DNA from: an uncultured Pseudomonadales bacterium
GTDB lineage: Bacteria > Patescibacteriota > Microgenomatia > UBA1400 > CAYXSR01
Reading direction: 5' to 3'
Assembly: GCA_964467735.1 (NCBI GenBank)
Contig: CAYXSR010000001.1
Span: 108,839-172,838, forward strand
DNA length: 64,000 nt
Below are positions 50,642-60,312 of this stretch, in pieces. The position numbers and the translations under genes are program-made. Each line of letters starts with the position of its first letter. Positions within the stretch are counted from its first letter, which is position 1. The notes under the pieces are model-generated. The model was not told where the DNA came from and searched no databases. It saw only the letters and a list, made by a program, of their open reading frames with translations.

Positions 50642-51388
50642 TTATTTATTCTCTTTGGTTTTAGTTTCTCCAGAAGTTGATGCTTCTTTACTTTTCTCTG
50701 ACTTACCTTCTTGTAGAGGAGGAGTTTCTCCTTCTTTGGGCTCTTCACCCTCTTTGGTTTCTCCTTCTTCAACCTCACCTTCGCCTTCCTCACCCTCTGC
50801 TGGAGCGGGAGGAGCAGGTTCTTCTTCTTTAGTTGGCTCCTCTATCTGAACAACTAATTGATTTTCATCATCCAAAACTTTTATTTTTTCACGATTAATC
50901 TTCAGATCTTTAACAGTAATTCCTTTACCTATTTCTTCTAACCCAGAAATATCTACTTCTATCTTATCTGGCAAGTCGTTTGGTAAGGCCTCTACCTTTA
51001 TTTCATCTAAAAGATGAACAACAATTCCCCCTTTATCTACTGCTGGAGCCTCGCCAACTAATTCTACTGGAACAGCTACTTCTACTTTTTCAGTCAAATC
51101 AACTTGTCTAAACTCTACGTGAAGAACATCTCCAAAGACTGGACTTTTCTGAACATTGCTAATCAAGACTGGCCTTGACTCTTTCTCTCCCTCAATAGTT
51201 AAGTAAACAACTCCTGTTTCTCCGGCCTCTTTAAAAATATCTAAAAATTCCTTGAGAGAAATTCGAAGAGCTGTTGATTTAATCTTCTTACCAAAAATAT
51301 TGGCTGGTACAACACCTTCGGTACGTAAGTTTTTAACTTTTCTACCAAAGGTTTTTCTCTTTTGAACTTTAACTTCTAACTTTTTCAT
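50642..51388 (-). CDS. rplY: 50S ribosomal protein L25/Ctc (long form)
   Basis: LR..G.VPANIFG, LHVEF, VPV.LVGEAPAV.KGG, acidic tail; likely start 51388. Confidence 0.93.
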   Translation of the reverse strand: MKKLEVKVQKRKTFGRKVKNLRTEGVVPANIFGKKIKSTALRISLKEFLDIFKEAGETGVVYLTIEGEKESRPVLISNVQKSPVFGDVLHVEFRQVDLTEKVEVAVPVELVGEAPAVDKGGIVVHLLDEIKVEALPNDLPDKIEVDISGLEEIGKGITVKDLKINREKIKVLDDENQLVVQIEEPTKEEEPAPPAPAEGEEGEGEVEEGETKEGEEPKEGETPPLQEGKSEKSKEASTSGETKTKENK

Positions 51389-51438
51389 AACTCTGCAGTT
51401 TAACAACTTTTTATTAAAAAAGCAAGAGGAGAAAAAAA

Positions 51439-52128
51439 TTATTCTCGGGGAGTTTCGCCATAAATAATAATCTCTGTACCAGGGTTATCAGCAGAAGCAC
51501 GAATACTTCTTGCTCCATTTAATTTAGGGTCTGCCCAAAAGTAAAGAAGAGCCGCTTCTTCCGTTTTCATATTAACACAACCATGAGACATGGGATGACC
51601 AAAATTACTATGCCAGTAGGTACCATGAATCCCAAAACCTCGAGATTGAGGGATTTGATTACTATAGAAATACATTGTGTAAGGTACATTTGGGAGATAA
51701 TAGTAAGTTCTTAAGGCTCTTGAACCTCCTGACATCTTTGTATAACGCAATTTCGTCCAGATTCTAAAACTACCAGTTGGCGTCCGACCCCATTTACCAG
51801 TAGAAACTAAGAAATTATAAATCAATCTATCTCCCTCGTAGGCATAAATTCTTTGATTAGTCAAATCTATCTCTATCCTTTTAGGAGCATCTGATTCTCC
51901 TAAGACTGCTTTTTCTTCTTCTGAGAAATCCTTTGCCGTTAATGAATCTGTTAAATCAATCTTTTGGTTATTAAAAATTGCTATTTTTTCGTCAGGGTTA
52001 AATTCTTCTTTTAAGGTTAATGGATTAATTTTTGCTGGAGCAGAAGAAGTAAATAAACCAAAATTTATAACTAACCAAAAAGCAGAAAAAAGAGGAGCAA
52101 CGATAAAAAATATCCAGACTTTTTTCAT
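51439..52128 (-). CDS. L,D-transpeptidase (YkuD family)
   Basis: IEIDL..Q, VSTG, TP.G.F, IHGTYWH..FG.PMSHGCVN. Confidence 0.9.
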   Translation of the reverse strand: MKKVWIFFIVAPLFSAFWLVINFGLFTSSAPAKINPLTLKEEFNPDEKIAIFNNQKIDLTDSLTAKDFSEEEKAVLGESDAPKRIEIDLTNQRIYAYEGDRLIYNFLVSTGKWGRTPTGSFRIWTKLRYTKMSGGSRALRTYYYLPNVPYTMYFYSNQIPQSRGFGIHGTYWHSNFGHPMSHGCVNMKTEEAALLYFWADPKLNGARSIRASADNPGTEIIIYGETPRE

Positions 52129-52173
52129 TCTAATTCAATTTAGCAAAAAAAAATCTTTTTTCAAAGAGTCAAA

Positions 52174-53307
52174 TTAACCAAACATCAAAACTTCTGGTTT
52201 AAAGATAATCAAAACGCCAATAACCAACATTAATAATCCCCCAATTAAAAAAGAGAATCGAGTATACTTTTTTTCCACTCCTACCATCTTAAAAGTAATC
52301 ATAGCGGTAAAAAAAACAATAAGGTCATCGATCATAAAAAAGAAAATATAAATAAGTAAATATAAATAATACTGCCAGGTCTTTAATTTAGTTAAACTTA
52401 ACACTTGAGTAAAAATAGCTGGGAAACCGGCTGAACAAACTAATTCTACTAAATTAACTGCAAAAGCCAACAAAATCATTCCGACAATTGCTAAAAAAAA
52501 CTCTTTACTTCTAATCACTTTTCTAATGTTGTCGAAAACAACCAGTCTTTTTTTATTCCCAGTAACCTTACAACCTGCCTGTTTATTAACAAAATATTCT
52601 CGAACATTATAACTCCCTGTTACTAAGGCTACTAAGCCAATAACTATTCTCACCCAAAAAACAAATCCTAAAAACAAAAAAAAGTTTAGCCAGGCAGTCA
52701 TAAAAAGAAAATATACAAAAGCCGAACTAACAATAAAAATTGTTCCCAATATCCACATTTTCTTCTTGTCTTTCATCCCTAAAAGCATGCTAATTAAAAA
52801 TAGAAGTGTCCACATGGCACAAGGATTAAAACCATCCAAAACTCCAATAATAGTTGCTAATAAAGGTAAAGATAAATTTTTAATTTCAATTCTGCCTATC
52901 AAAGGAATAGAAATTACTTCAGGAATTTCTTTTTTTGAATCCTTGTTACAATCCAAAACTTGAGCTATTTGTTGACCGGTAACTTCATCACTTAAATAAC
53001 CACTGAAATAGTGGTTACCAATAATCGTAAAAGGGGTTCCTCCAAGAGGAGCATTAATTTCTTTCTGCTTAGTTAATAAAAGTTGAAGATTTTCATAATT
53101 TTCCGAAGTTTCAAAACTTTTTATTTCTATATTTTCATATTTTTGTTTCAATCCTTCCAAAAATTTCATTTCTTTTTCACAATGAGGACACCCCTCTGCC
53201 CAAAAGAAATAAATAACATTAGAACAATTTTCCTTAGCCAATACAGGAGTGGCAAGGCTTAAAAATAAAAGAAAAACTAATAAAAAATAAACTATCTTTT
53301 TAATCAT
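52174..53307 (-). CDS. exported thioredoxin-fold domain fused to a DsbD/CcdA-like membrane domain
   Basis: Signal peptide, CPHC, TP; about 6 TM with DGFNPCA and ELVCSAG. Confidence 0.75.
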   Translation of the reverse strand: MIKKIVYFLLVFLLFLSLATPVLAKENCSNVIYFFWAEGCPHCEKEMKFLEGLKQKYENIEIKSFETSENYENLQLLLTKQKEINAPLGGTPFTIIGNHYFSGYLSDEVTGQQIAQVLDCNKDSKKEIPEVISIPLIGRIEIKNLSLPLLATIIGVLDGFNPCAMWTLLFLISMLLGMKDKKKMWILGTIFIVSSAFVYFLFMTAWLNFFLFLGFVFWVRIVIGLVALVTGSYNVREYFVNKQAGCKVTGNKKRLVVFDNIRKVIRSKEFFLAIVGMILLAFAVNLVELVCSAGFPAIFTQVLSLTKLKTWQYYLYLLIYIFFFMIDDLIVFFTAMITFKMVGVEKKYTRFSFLIGGLLMLVIGVLIIFKPEVLMFG

Positions 53308-53576
53308 CGATTTTTGTTTTTTAAAACAACTTCTAACAGTTCCTCTTTAGATATTTCTCCACTCATTCTTAAAAATTCTTTACCAGTTTTATCTAAAAAA
53401 ATAAATACCGGTAACATTCCGTCATTTATTTTATATTTTTCTATTAAGGCTTGTTCTTCATCAAAGTCTAAATATTGTGTCTTCAACCAAGGGTTTTCTT
53501 TTTCTATTTCTTCCCAACGCGGACGCATCACTAAACAACTATTACACCAAACAGCGCCAATTTTTAAGATTTTCAT
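53304..53576 (-). CDS. thioredoxin family protein
   Basis: A.WCNSC..M.P, LPVFIF; likely start 53576. Confidence 0.82.
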   Translation of the reverse strand: MKILKIGAVWCNSCLVMRPRWEEIEKENPWLKTQYLDFDEEQALIEKYKINDGMLPVFIFLDKTGKEFLRMSGEISKEELLEVVLKNKNR

Positions 53577-53667
53577 TTTCCATCTTTCATATAAGTTATT
53601 ATATAATAACAATCAATAGATCGTAATAATTGTCTTTTAAAACAAATTTTGCTATTTTGAGATTTGT

Positions 53668-54999
53668 ATGAATTTCCTTAAAAAAATTGACCCCCAAATT
53701 TATAAGTTAATCACTCAAGAATACAGAAGGCAGCAGGAAACATTAATGATGATTCCTTCGGAAAATGTGGTTTCTAACTCGGTACAAGAAGCGGTTGGCT
53801 CTTGTTTAGGAAATAAATATGCTGAAGGTTATCCATTTAAACGGTATTACCAAGGACAAAAATATATTGACCAAATAGAAAACTTAGTTATTGAAAGAGC
53901 TAAAAAAGCCTTCAATGTTCCTCACGCTAATATCCAGCCACTCTCTGGATCTCCGGCTAACTTAGCGGTTTACTTTGCTTTATTAAAGCCAAATGACAAA
54001 ATAATGGGTTTAGCTTTATCTCATGGTGGACACCTCACTCATGGAGCGCCAGTTTCTGCTTCTGCTAAATATTATCGTTCTGTCTCTTATATTTTAGGCA
54101 AGAATGGAAAAATGGATTATGGATTAATCGAAAAAATGGTTCTTAAAGAAAAGCCAAAACTAATTATTGCTGGTATAACTGCTTATCCTTTACAACTGAA
54201 CTGGGAAAAGTTTGCTCTAATTGCTAAAAAAATTAATGCTTACTTAATGGCTGATATTGCTCATCTGGCTGGCTTAGTTGTTGCTGGTGCTTATCCTGAT
54301 CCAGCTCCTCATGTCCACATCATAACTACCACTACCCATAAAACATTAAGGGGTCCTCGAGGAGCAATGATTTTAGTCACTAAAAAAGGTTTAAAAAAAG
54401 ATTCTGAGTTAGATAAAAAAATAGATAAAGCTGTATTTCCTGGTTTACAAGGTGGTCCTCACATCAATGCTATTGCTGGTATCGGGGTAGCTTTAAAAGA
54501 AACGATGACTAGCAGGTTTAAAAAATATGCTTTTCAGATTGTTAAAAATAGCCAAGCTCTTGCTCAAGAACTTAAAAAATCAGGTCTTCGGCTAGTTGCT
54601 GGAGGAAGCAACACTCATTTAATACTAATTGATTTAACAAACAAGGAGATAACTGGTAACTTAGCAGCTGAAGCTTTAGAAGAAGCAGGAATTGTCCTGA
54701 ATAGAAACTCTGTTCCTTTTGATCCTCATCCTCCTTTTTACCCTTCAGGTCTAAGGCTAGGAACACCAGGTATAACTAGCCGGGGAATGAAAGAAAAAGA
54801 AATGGTAAAAATTGCTAATTGGATCAATGATATCTTAGAAGAAGTTTTTCAATTGAAAAAAGAAATGAAAATTAGTTTCGATGAAGAAAAGAAGATAAGT
54901 ACCAGAAAAAATATTATTAAAAAATGCCAGATGGTTAAGAAAATTCGTTTACAAGTTAAAGACCTTTGTAAAAAGTTTCCTATTAAAAAAACATATTAA
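53668..54999 (+). CDS. glyA: serine hydroxymethyltransferase
   Basis: NKYAEGYP..RYY, HGGHLTHG, TTTHKTLRGPRG, GLRLGTP. Confidence 0.97.
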   Translation: MNFLKKIDPQIYKLITQEYRRQQETLMMIPSENVVSNSVQEAVGSCLGNKYAEGYPFKRYYQGQKYIDQIENLVIERAKKAFNVPHANIQPLSGSPANLAVYFALLKPNDKIMGLALSHGGHLTHGAPVSASAKYYRSVSYILGKNGKMDYGLIEKMVLKEKPKLIIAGITAYPLQLNWEKFALIAKKINAYLMADIAHLAGLVVAGAYPDPAPHVHIITTTTHKTLRGPRGAMILVTKKGLKKDSELDKKIDKAVFPGLQGGPHINAIAGIGVALKETMTSRFKKYAFQIVKNSQALAQELKKSGLRLVAGGSNTHLILIDLTNKEITGNLAAEALEEAGIVLNRNSVPFDPHPPFYPSGLRLGTPGITSRGMKEKEMVKIANWINDILEEVFQLKKEMKISFDEEKKISTRKNIIKKCQMVKKIRLQVKDLCKKFPIKKTY

Positions 55000-55011
55000 C
55001 TTAGGAATAAT

Positions 55012-57123
55012 ATGAAGAATAACAAACCTAATATCAAATATCTTTTTGAACCACGATCAGTGGCTGTTATTGGTGTTTCTCACGATAAGAATAAGATTGG
55101 TTACAAAATAATCGAAAATATCTTAGCCAGCCAATACAAAGGTAAAATATATCCTATAAATCCTAAGGGTGGCACTATCCTTGAATTACCTGTTTATAAA
55201 GAAATTTCTCAGATAAATGATGATATTGATCTAGTCGTTGTAGCTGTTCCTGCTCAATTTGTTTTCGAAGCCATTCAAGGATGTCCTGGAAAAAATGTTA
55301 AATTTCTATCTATTATTAGCTCTGGTTTCTCAGAAATTGGCAAAATAAAAGAAGAAAAAGAAATTGTCGATTTTGCCAATAGTAATGGTATGCGGGTTCT
55401 AGGCCCCAATGTCTTTGGTATTTACTCCTCTAAAGCTCCGATAAATGCTACTTTTGGCGCCAAACATATTAAAAAAGGAAAAGTAGCAATTATCACTCAA
55501 AGTGGGGCTTTAGGAATTGCTTTAATTGGGAAGACAGAAACTGAAGGTATTGGTCTTTCAACTGTTGTTTCAATTGGTAATAAAGCAGATATTGAAGAAA
55601 CAGATATTTTAGAATATTTAATTACTAACAAAAATACCAAAGCCGTTTTAGCTTATATTGAAGGAATAAAAGACGGTCAAAGATTTATTCAAATTCTGAA
55701 AAAAATAACTGCTAAAAAACCAGTAGTGGTTATCAAAGCTGGTCGTTCTAAAAGAGGGGCGATGGCTGTCGCCTCCCATACTGGCTCTTTGGCTGGATCA
55801 GATAATCTTTTTTCCGATATTTTAAGTCAATGTGGAGCTTTTAGAGCGGAAACTCTTCAAGAAGCAATAAATTGGGTTAAATTTTTATCTGACTCGCCAA
55901 ACTTAAAAGGAGAAAATACGATTATTATTACTAATGGTGGTGGCATTGGTGTGTTAGCTACTGATGCTTGCGAGAAATATGGTATCAAACTTTATAACAA
56001 AACTAGTATTATGGAAAAAGCTTTTTTGGGAATTGTTCCTAGCTTTGGTTCCTTTAAAAATCCAATCGATATTACTGGACAGGCTACAATCGAAGATTAC
56101 GATAAGGCTTTATTGGCAGCAATTAAAAATAAAGACATTCATTCAGTTATTTGTTTAGGATGTGAAACAGCTGTTTTTGATGCAAGCAAGCTTTCAAATT
56201 TAGCCGAGAGCACTTTTAATAAGGCTAGAAAAAATAAACCGATTGTTTTCTCTTTTGTAGGTGGTAAAAAGATTAAAGAAAGTATTTCTTATTTAAAAAA
56301 TCGAAATATCCCTATTTTTTCAGAAACTTATGAGGCAGTCTCTTGTCTGAAAACTGCTTATAACAATTATTATAATTTAAAGAATAGAAAAGAAAAAATC
56401 GCTAAAAGAAGAGTTAATATTAAAAAAATTAGAAAAATTGTTGATTATGCCAGGCAGGAAAAAAGAAATTTCCTTCTTCCTTCAGAATCTCAAAAAGTAA
56501 TGAACATGGCAGCTATTCCTTTTCCTAAAAGTTATGTTGCTCAAAATTCTCAACAAGCTGTTAAAAATGCTAATAAAATTGGTTACCCGGTTGTTATGAA
56601 AGTGGTCTCTAAAGATATTATTCATAAAACCGATGCTGGCGGGGTAGCTTTAGACATTAAAACTCCATCAGAAGTTAGCCAGGCTTATCAAAAAATAATC
56701 AATAATTGTCTTAAAAATAAACCGAAAGCTAAGATTGAAGGAATTCAAATCGATGAAATGATTAGTGGAGGGGTAGAAACGATTGTTGGTGCTAGAAGAG
56801 ATGAAACTTTTGGGCCAATTGTTATCTTTGGGTTGGGTGGTATCTTTGTTGAGACCTTGAAAGATATTTCCTTTAGATCTTTCCCTTTAAGCCACAAACA
56901 AGTAGAAGAAATGATTAAACAAATCAAGTCTTATCCAATATTAACTGATATTCGAGGTGAAAAAAACAAAGACATCGGAAAAATAATTGATGTCCTAATA
57001 AAACTGGGAACAATTATCCAAGAATGTAAGGAAATTAGTGATATTGAAATTAACCCGTTGGTTACCTTTGAACAAGGAAAAGGTGTCAAGGCTTTAGATA
57101 TAAGAATTCTTCTTTCAAATTAA
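55012..57123 (+). CDS. acetate--CoA ligase (ADP-forming), fused alpha-beta
   Basis: F.P.SVAVIG, GPN..G, ASHTG (phospho-His), NP.D, HKTD.GGV, ATP-grasp EINPL. Confidence 0.9.
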   Translation: MKNNKPNIKYLFEPRSVAVIGVSHDKNKIGYKIIENILASQYKGKIYPINPKGGTILELPVYKEISQINDDIDLVVVAVPAQFVFEAIQGCPGKNVKFLSIISSGFSEIGKIKEEKEIVDFANSNGMRVLGPNVFGIYSSKAPINATFGAKHIKKGKVAIITQSGALGIALIGKTETEGIGLSTVVSIGNKADIEETDILEYLITNKNTKAVLAYIEGIKDGQRFIQILKKITAKKPVVVIKAGRSKRGAMAVASHTGSLAGSDNLFSDILSQCGAFRAETLQEAINWVKFLSDSPNLKGENTIIITNGGGIGVLATDACEKYGIKLYNKTSIMEKAFLGIVPSFGSFKNPIDITGQATIEDYDKALLAAIKNKDIHSVICLGCETAVFDASKLSNLAESTFNKARKNKPIVFSFVGGKKIKESISYLKNRNIPIFSETYEAVSCLKTAYNNYYNLKNRKEKIAKRRVNIKKIRKIVDYARQEKRNFLLPSESQKVMNMAAIPFPKSYVAQNSQQAVKNANKIGYPVVMKVVSKDIIHKTDAGGVALDIKTPSEVSQAYQKIINNCLKNKPKAKIEGIQIDEMISGGVETIVGARRDETFGPIVIFGLGGIFVETLKDISFRSFPLSHKQVEEMIKQIKSYPILTDIRGEKNKDIGKIIDVLIKLGTIIQECKEISDIEINPLVTFEQGKGVKALDIRILLSN

Positions 57124-57197
57124 ATCTTTTTAAAATTTAATTAAAGCCTAAATCACTTTTTAGAAACTAAAATCAACTAACCTCCCAACCCTTTTGT

Positions 57198-57464
57198 TTA
57201 TCGAGTTGGTCTTGGTTGCATTGGTCTTGCTTCGTTAACAACTATTTTACGACCTACGAATTCTTGTCCATTTAAAGTCTCAATTGCTTTTTTTGCTTCC
57301 TCTTCAGAAGACATTTCAACAAAGCCGAAACCTTTAGATCTACCAGAATTTCTGTCTTTAATTACTATAGAGCTAACAACTGTACCAGCTTGAGAAAAAT
57401 ATTCTCCTAATTGTTCATCATTAACATCATAGCTAAGATTACCAACATAAAGTTTGTTTGCCAT
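57198..57464 (-). CDS. RRM (RNP-1) RNA-binding protein
   Basis: LYVGNL (RNP2), KGFGFVEM (RNP1), VNEARP. Confidence 0.95.
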   Translation of the reverse strand: MANKLYVGNLSYDVNDEQLGEYFSQAGTVVSSIVIKDRNSGRSKGFGFVEMSSEEEAKKAIETLNGQEFVGRKIVVNEARPMQPRPTR

Positions 57465-57596
57465 TTAAAAAATCACCCCCTCTCAAAAGCTTCTTTGGAG
57501 CCCATCGGAAAAAACCATTTGGAGACCAAGAGAAGACTAGCTAAAATTATTTCAATACTACTGAGGCAATTATAACAGGAAACAAAATAAAGTCAA
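57465..57596 (-). promoter_or_regulatory. promoter and ~100-nt structured 5' leader of the RRM gene
   Basis: TTGACT-16-(TG)tTATAAT; leader with cttct/agaag and ttgg/ccaa pairing; SD GGGGGTGA. Confidence 0.6.
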
Positions 57597-57654
57597 TTAA
57601 ACCGATAAAAGAACAATAAAAGCTATTCTTCCCAATATGATATATGTTCCATAA

Positions 57655-58353
57655 TTAAAGTAAACCAAATCTTTCGTGCATAGAAATTATTCTTTGAACA
57701 GAAAGCTGAGCTAACTCTTGATCTTCTCCAATTATTTTCCAATTTAATTCCCGACCACTTAAAAGTTGAGCAACATTTCTTTGAGTGATTTGACTAGGCC
57801 AAATGTTTTCTTGATCAAAGGCTACCAATCCCCTCCCAGTGTTAATATCTTGAGCAAAAAGATAGCCAAACTGCTGACATTCAAGAAATCCTGTCATTGC
57901 CGCCAGTGGTGAAGAATCATAACTAACAAATCTTGTGTAATCAATCTTCATGCCATCTAAAACATCTCCTAAAAAATCAATTAGACGAAGTTCACCTGGT
58001 AAAATATGAGCATGACGATGACTAACTGTTTGAACAGTACTAGGTTTTTCTAAACCAGCAACTCCTCCATGTTCAACAAAAATAATTGGTTTTTCAATGG
58101 TTGTTCCAAGAGAATGCAAAACCCCACCAACTTCTTCTTGTAATTCGGGCGAACTAGCAAAAGAAGCAAGATGATCTTCTCTTGTATATAGAATAAGGTG
58201 AAAATCCGGTGAAACTGCCAAAACGTCTGGGGTTACCACCATCCTATCTGTTTCCAAAACTGGTATTTTATCTAAAGCAGGGTATAATCCATGTTCTGCC
58301 AGATGTGGTTTAATAAATTGTTCTGGATGGCAAAAAGGACATTTTTCACTCAT
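57655..58353 (-). CDS. HIT-like (CwfJ-type) nucleotide hydrolase
   Basis: CPFC, H, EHG, HRHAHILP histidine triad. Confidence 0.65.
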   Translation of the reverse strand: MSEKCPFCHPEQFIKPHLAEHGLYPALDKIPVLETDRMVVTPDVLAVSPDFHLILYTREDHLASFASSPELQEEVGGVLHSLGTTIEKPIIFVEHGGVAGLEKPSTVQTVSHRHAHILPGELRLIDFLGDVLDGMKIDYTRFVSYDSSPLAAMTGFLECQQFGYLFAQDINTGRGLVAFDQENIWPSQITQRNVAQLLSGRELNWKIIGEDQELAQLSVQRIISMHERFGLL

Positions 58354-58454
58354 ATAAATCTCCTATTTTTCCAGAAATAAAAAAACCCGCCAAAATCTGA
58401 CGAGTTAAAAGTGTCTAAAAAAATAAAAATAGTTGTTACAAACTTAACAACCAT
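58350..58454 (-). CDS. putative leaderless 34-aa leader peptide (uORF)
   Basis: MVVKFVTTIFIFLDTFNSSDFGGFFYFWKNRRFI*; ATG 5 nt after TTGACA-17-TAAAAT; TGA overlaps the HIT-like ATG. Confidence 0.4.
   Translation of the reverse strand: MVVKFVTTIFIFLDTFNSSDFGGFFYFWKNRRFI
58379..58406 (-). terminator. terminator hairpin inside the leader of the HIT-like gene
   Basis: AACTCGTCA-gattt-TGGCGGGTT followed by a T-run. Confidence 0.7.
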
Positions 58455-58531
58455 ATTTTATTTTATACCTAATTCTGGATTATGTCAACTAAAAACTCTC
58501 TGCTAATGTGTATCTGGAAGTTAATTTGTAT

Positions 58532-59089
58532 CTACGCAGATTTTTTCTCCAACCTTAGTTTTTTTCTTTTCAATGCAAGTTCTTTTATTTCTCTTCTTAC
58601 TCTTAGAATTTGAGCAAATACTTTTACTGGATCAAGAGAAAGTTCAAAACTAGCTTTATATAATGAGTTTCCACCCTTTTCTGGAAAAAAAATTTCAGCA
58701 TTTGCACTTGTTATTTGTCCTTCTTGTCCTTTTATTATCTCTATTTTTGAAAGATCACTCTTAGCTTCATCTCTCAAACCAACTGTTTCTATCTTAGGAA
58801 AATCTTTCAAGATTCCCAATCCTACCATTCTAGTTAAAATTGTTCCTGCCGATCCACTGCCTCCCTGGATTGAAGTGGAATCTGGCATATAAGAAAAAAA
58901 TAAACTTCTCCATTCTAAAATATTTGACCTTTGTGTCTCAGGATCATTTGGACTATTACAAAGTTGTTTAACTACCTTTAAAGTCTTCAATTCTTGTCTT
59001 CGAGCAGAATATTCATAATTAACTAGATGTTTTTCCGTTACAGGAGGAACTCCTTTTCCAATTACAGCTTCTTCCCTAAATTCTCCCAT
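58532..59089 (-). CDS. hypothetical protein
   Basis: 185-aa ORF, no recognised motif. Confidence 0.65.
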   Translation of the reverse strand: MGEFREEAVIGKGVPPVTEKHLVNYEYSARRQELKTLKVVKQLCNSPNDPETQRSNILEWRSLFFSYMPDSTSIQGGSGSAGTILTRMVGLGILKDFPKIETVGLRDEAKSDLSKIEIIKGQEGQITSANAEIFFPEKGGNSLYKASFELSLDPVKVFAQILRVRREIKELALKRKKLRLEKKSA

Positions 59090-59109
59090 AAGATTTTTTT
59101 TAAGATAAT

Positions 59110-59820
59110 TTATTTAACAAAAAACTTAATCAACCAGCCAAACAAACTACCTGCTTGTTCTTCTGTTTGGATTTGTTCTTCTAAGGCAGTATTTTGCTGA
59201 ACCAAGGCTTCAATAAGTGCTTGAATCATGTCAATATCTCCCTGGTTAGAAAGCTGAGTTCTTATCTGTTCTAATTGTCTTATTCGTTCTTGATTCTGTT
59301 CTAATTGTCTTTGAAGATTACCGACTGCTTTATAATCAGGGCCTACTATTCTTTTCCACCATCCCTGTCTTGACTCTAGTCTGTTAAGGGCTTGTTCTGT
59401 TTCTGTCTGTGTCTGCTTTTGTTGTTGAGCAATCTCCCTAACTTGGTCACCAATCCCACCCATTCTTTCTTCAGAAGTAAGCAGCTTTTCTACTTCTTGA
59501 GCAACGATACTCATGTGATCTCTCGCGGTCTCGCTTCTAGAATCCATGGTTTTTGACTGACTGTTCTCTCCGCCTGCTTCTAAATTTTCTTGCTCTTGGG
59601 TATTAATCTGTATCTGTTGATCTTCGCCCATATTTTGAGTTTGAGTTTGGATTTGATTTTGAACTTGATCCTCCATAGGAGAAGGAGTTATTTCTTCGTA
59701 AAGAATATCTGGATTATTTTGCTGTTGGTCTGTTTGCTTTTGATTCTCAGCTAAAACATTATTAGGAAAAGCTAAAGCGAATAAAGAAAAAACTAATGAA
59801 AATAATATTATTTTTTTCAT
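59110..59820 (-). CDS. secreted Gln/Glu-rich coiled-coil protein
   Basis: SD AAGGAGG before ATG 59820; signal peptide; S.VA..V..LL...GGIG..VR.IA, G.DYK, SLFGW. Confidence 0.75.
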   Translation of the reverse strand: MKKIILFSLVFSLFALAFPNNVLAENQKQTDQQQNNPDILYEEITPSPMEDQVQNQIQTQTQNMGEDQQIQINTQEQENLEAGGENSQSKTMDSRSETARDHMSIVAQEVEKLLTSEERMGGIGDQVREIAQQQKQTQTETEQALNRLESRQGWWKRIVGPDYKAVGNLQRQLEQNQERIRQLEQIRTQLSNQGDIDMIQALIEALVQQNTALEEQIQTEEQAGSLFGWLIKFFVK

Positions 59821-59980
59821 TACTACCTCCTTTTTTAAATGAGAGCTTTTTAATTCTATCATAAAAGAAAGTGAGTAAAAATGGTGCTAAAATCTACAAA
59901 ACTCTCCCTTTTCATTTTTTCTAATAACTAAAGAGTGCTGATTTAATCATTAAATTGCCTAGTTTTGTATAATATAGGCT

Positions 59981-60298
59981 ATGTCAGAAAATGAATCAGA
60001 TTTTAGCCAGTTAGCTAAATTATTTGCTGAATTGCCAGTGGGGGATTTAATGGAGCTTCCTTTGGCTCTGCTTCATCCAATTATCCCCAATGATTGGCTT
60101 CAAAGTCATTCGGTGGGACCATTAGAGGTCTATCTCAGTAGTAATTCTGGTCAAATTCTCATTGATGATGGTAATCACCGATATTATGATATCTTAAGAA
60201 AATTAATGGTAACCAATGACTTTGAAGCCGTTGATCCTTCTACGCTTGTTGATGTAATGGTTCTTGTGAGAAAAGTAATTCCGGAAATTGAATGGTAG
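59981..60298 (+). CDS. small ParB/Srx N-terminal-like domain protein
   Basis: P.EV......I.I.DGNHRY motif; TATAAT 7 nt before ATG. Confidence 0.55.
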   Translation: MSENESDFSQLAKLFAELPVGDLMELPLALLHPIIPNDWLQSHSVGPLEVYLSSNSGQILIDDGNHRYYDILRKLMVTNDFEAVDPSTLVDVMVLVRKVIPEIEW

Positions 60299-60312
60299 CT
60301 TAAAAAAAACAA

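Noticed and set aside
59933-59941. GAGTGCTGA resembling a CIRCE half-site
   Set aside because: No matching left arm at N9 spacing and no chaperone gene nearby
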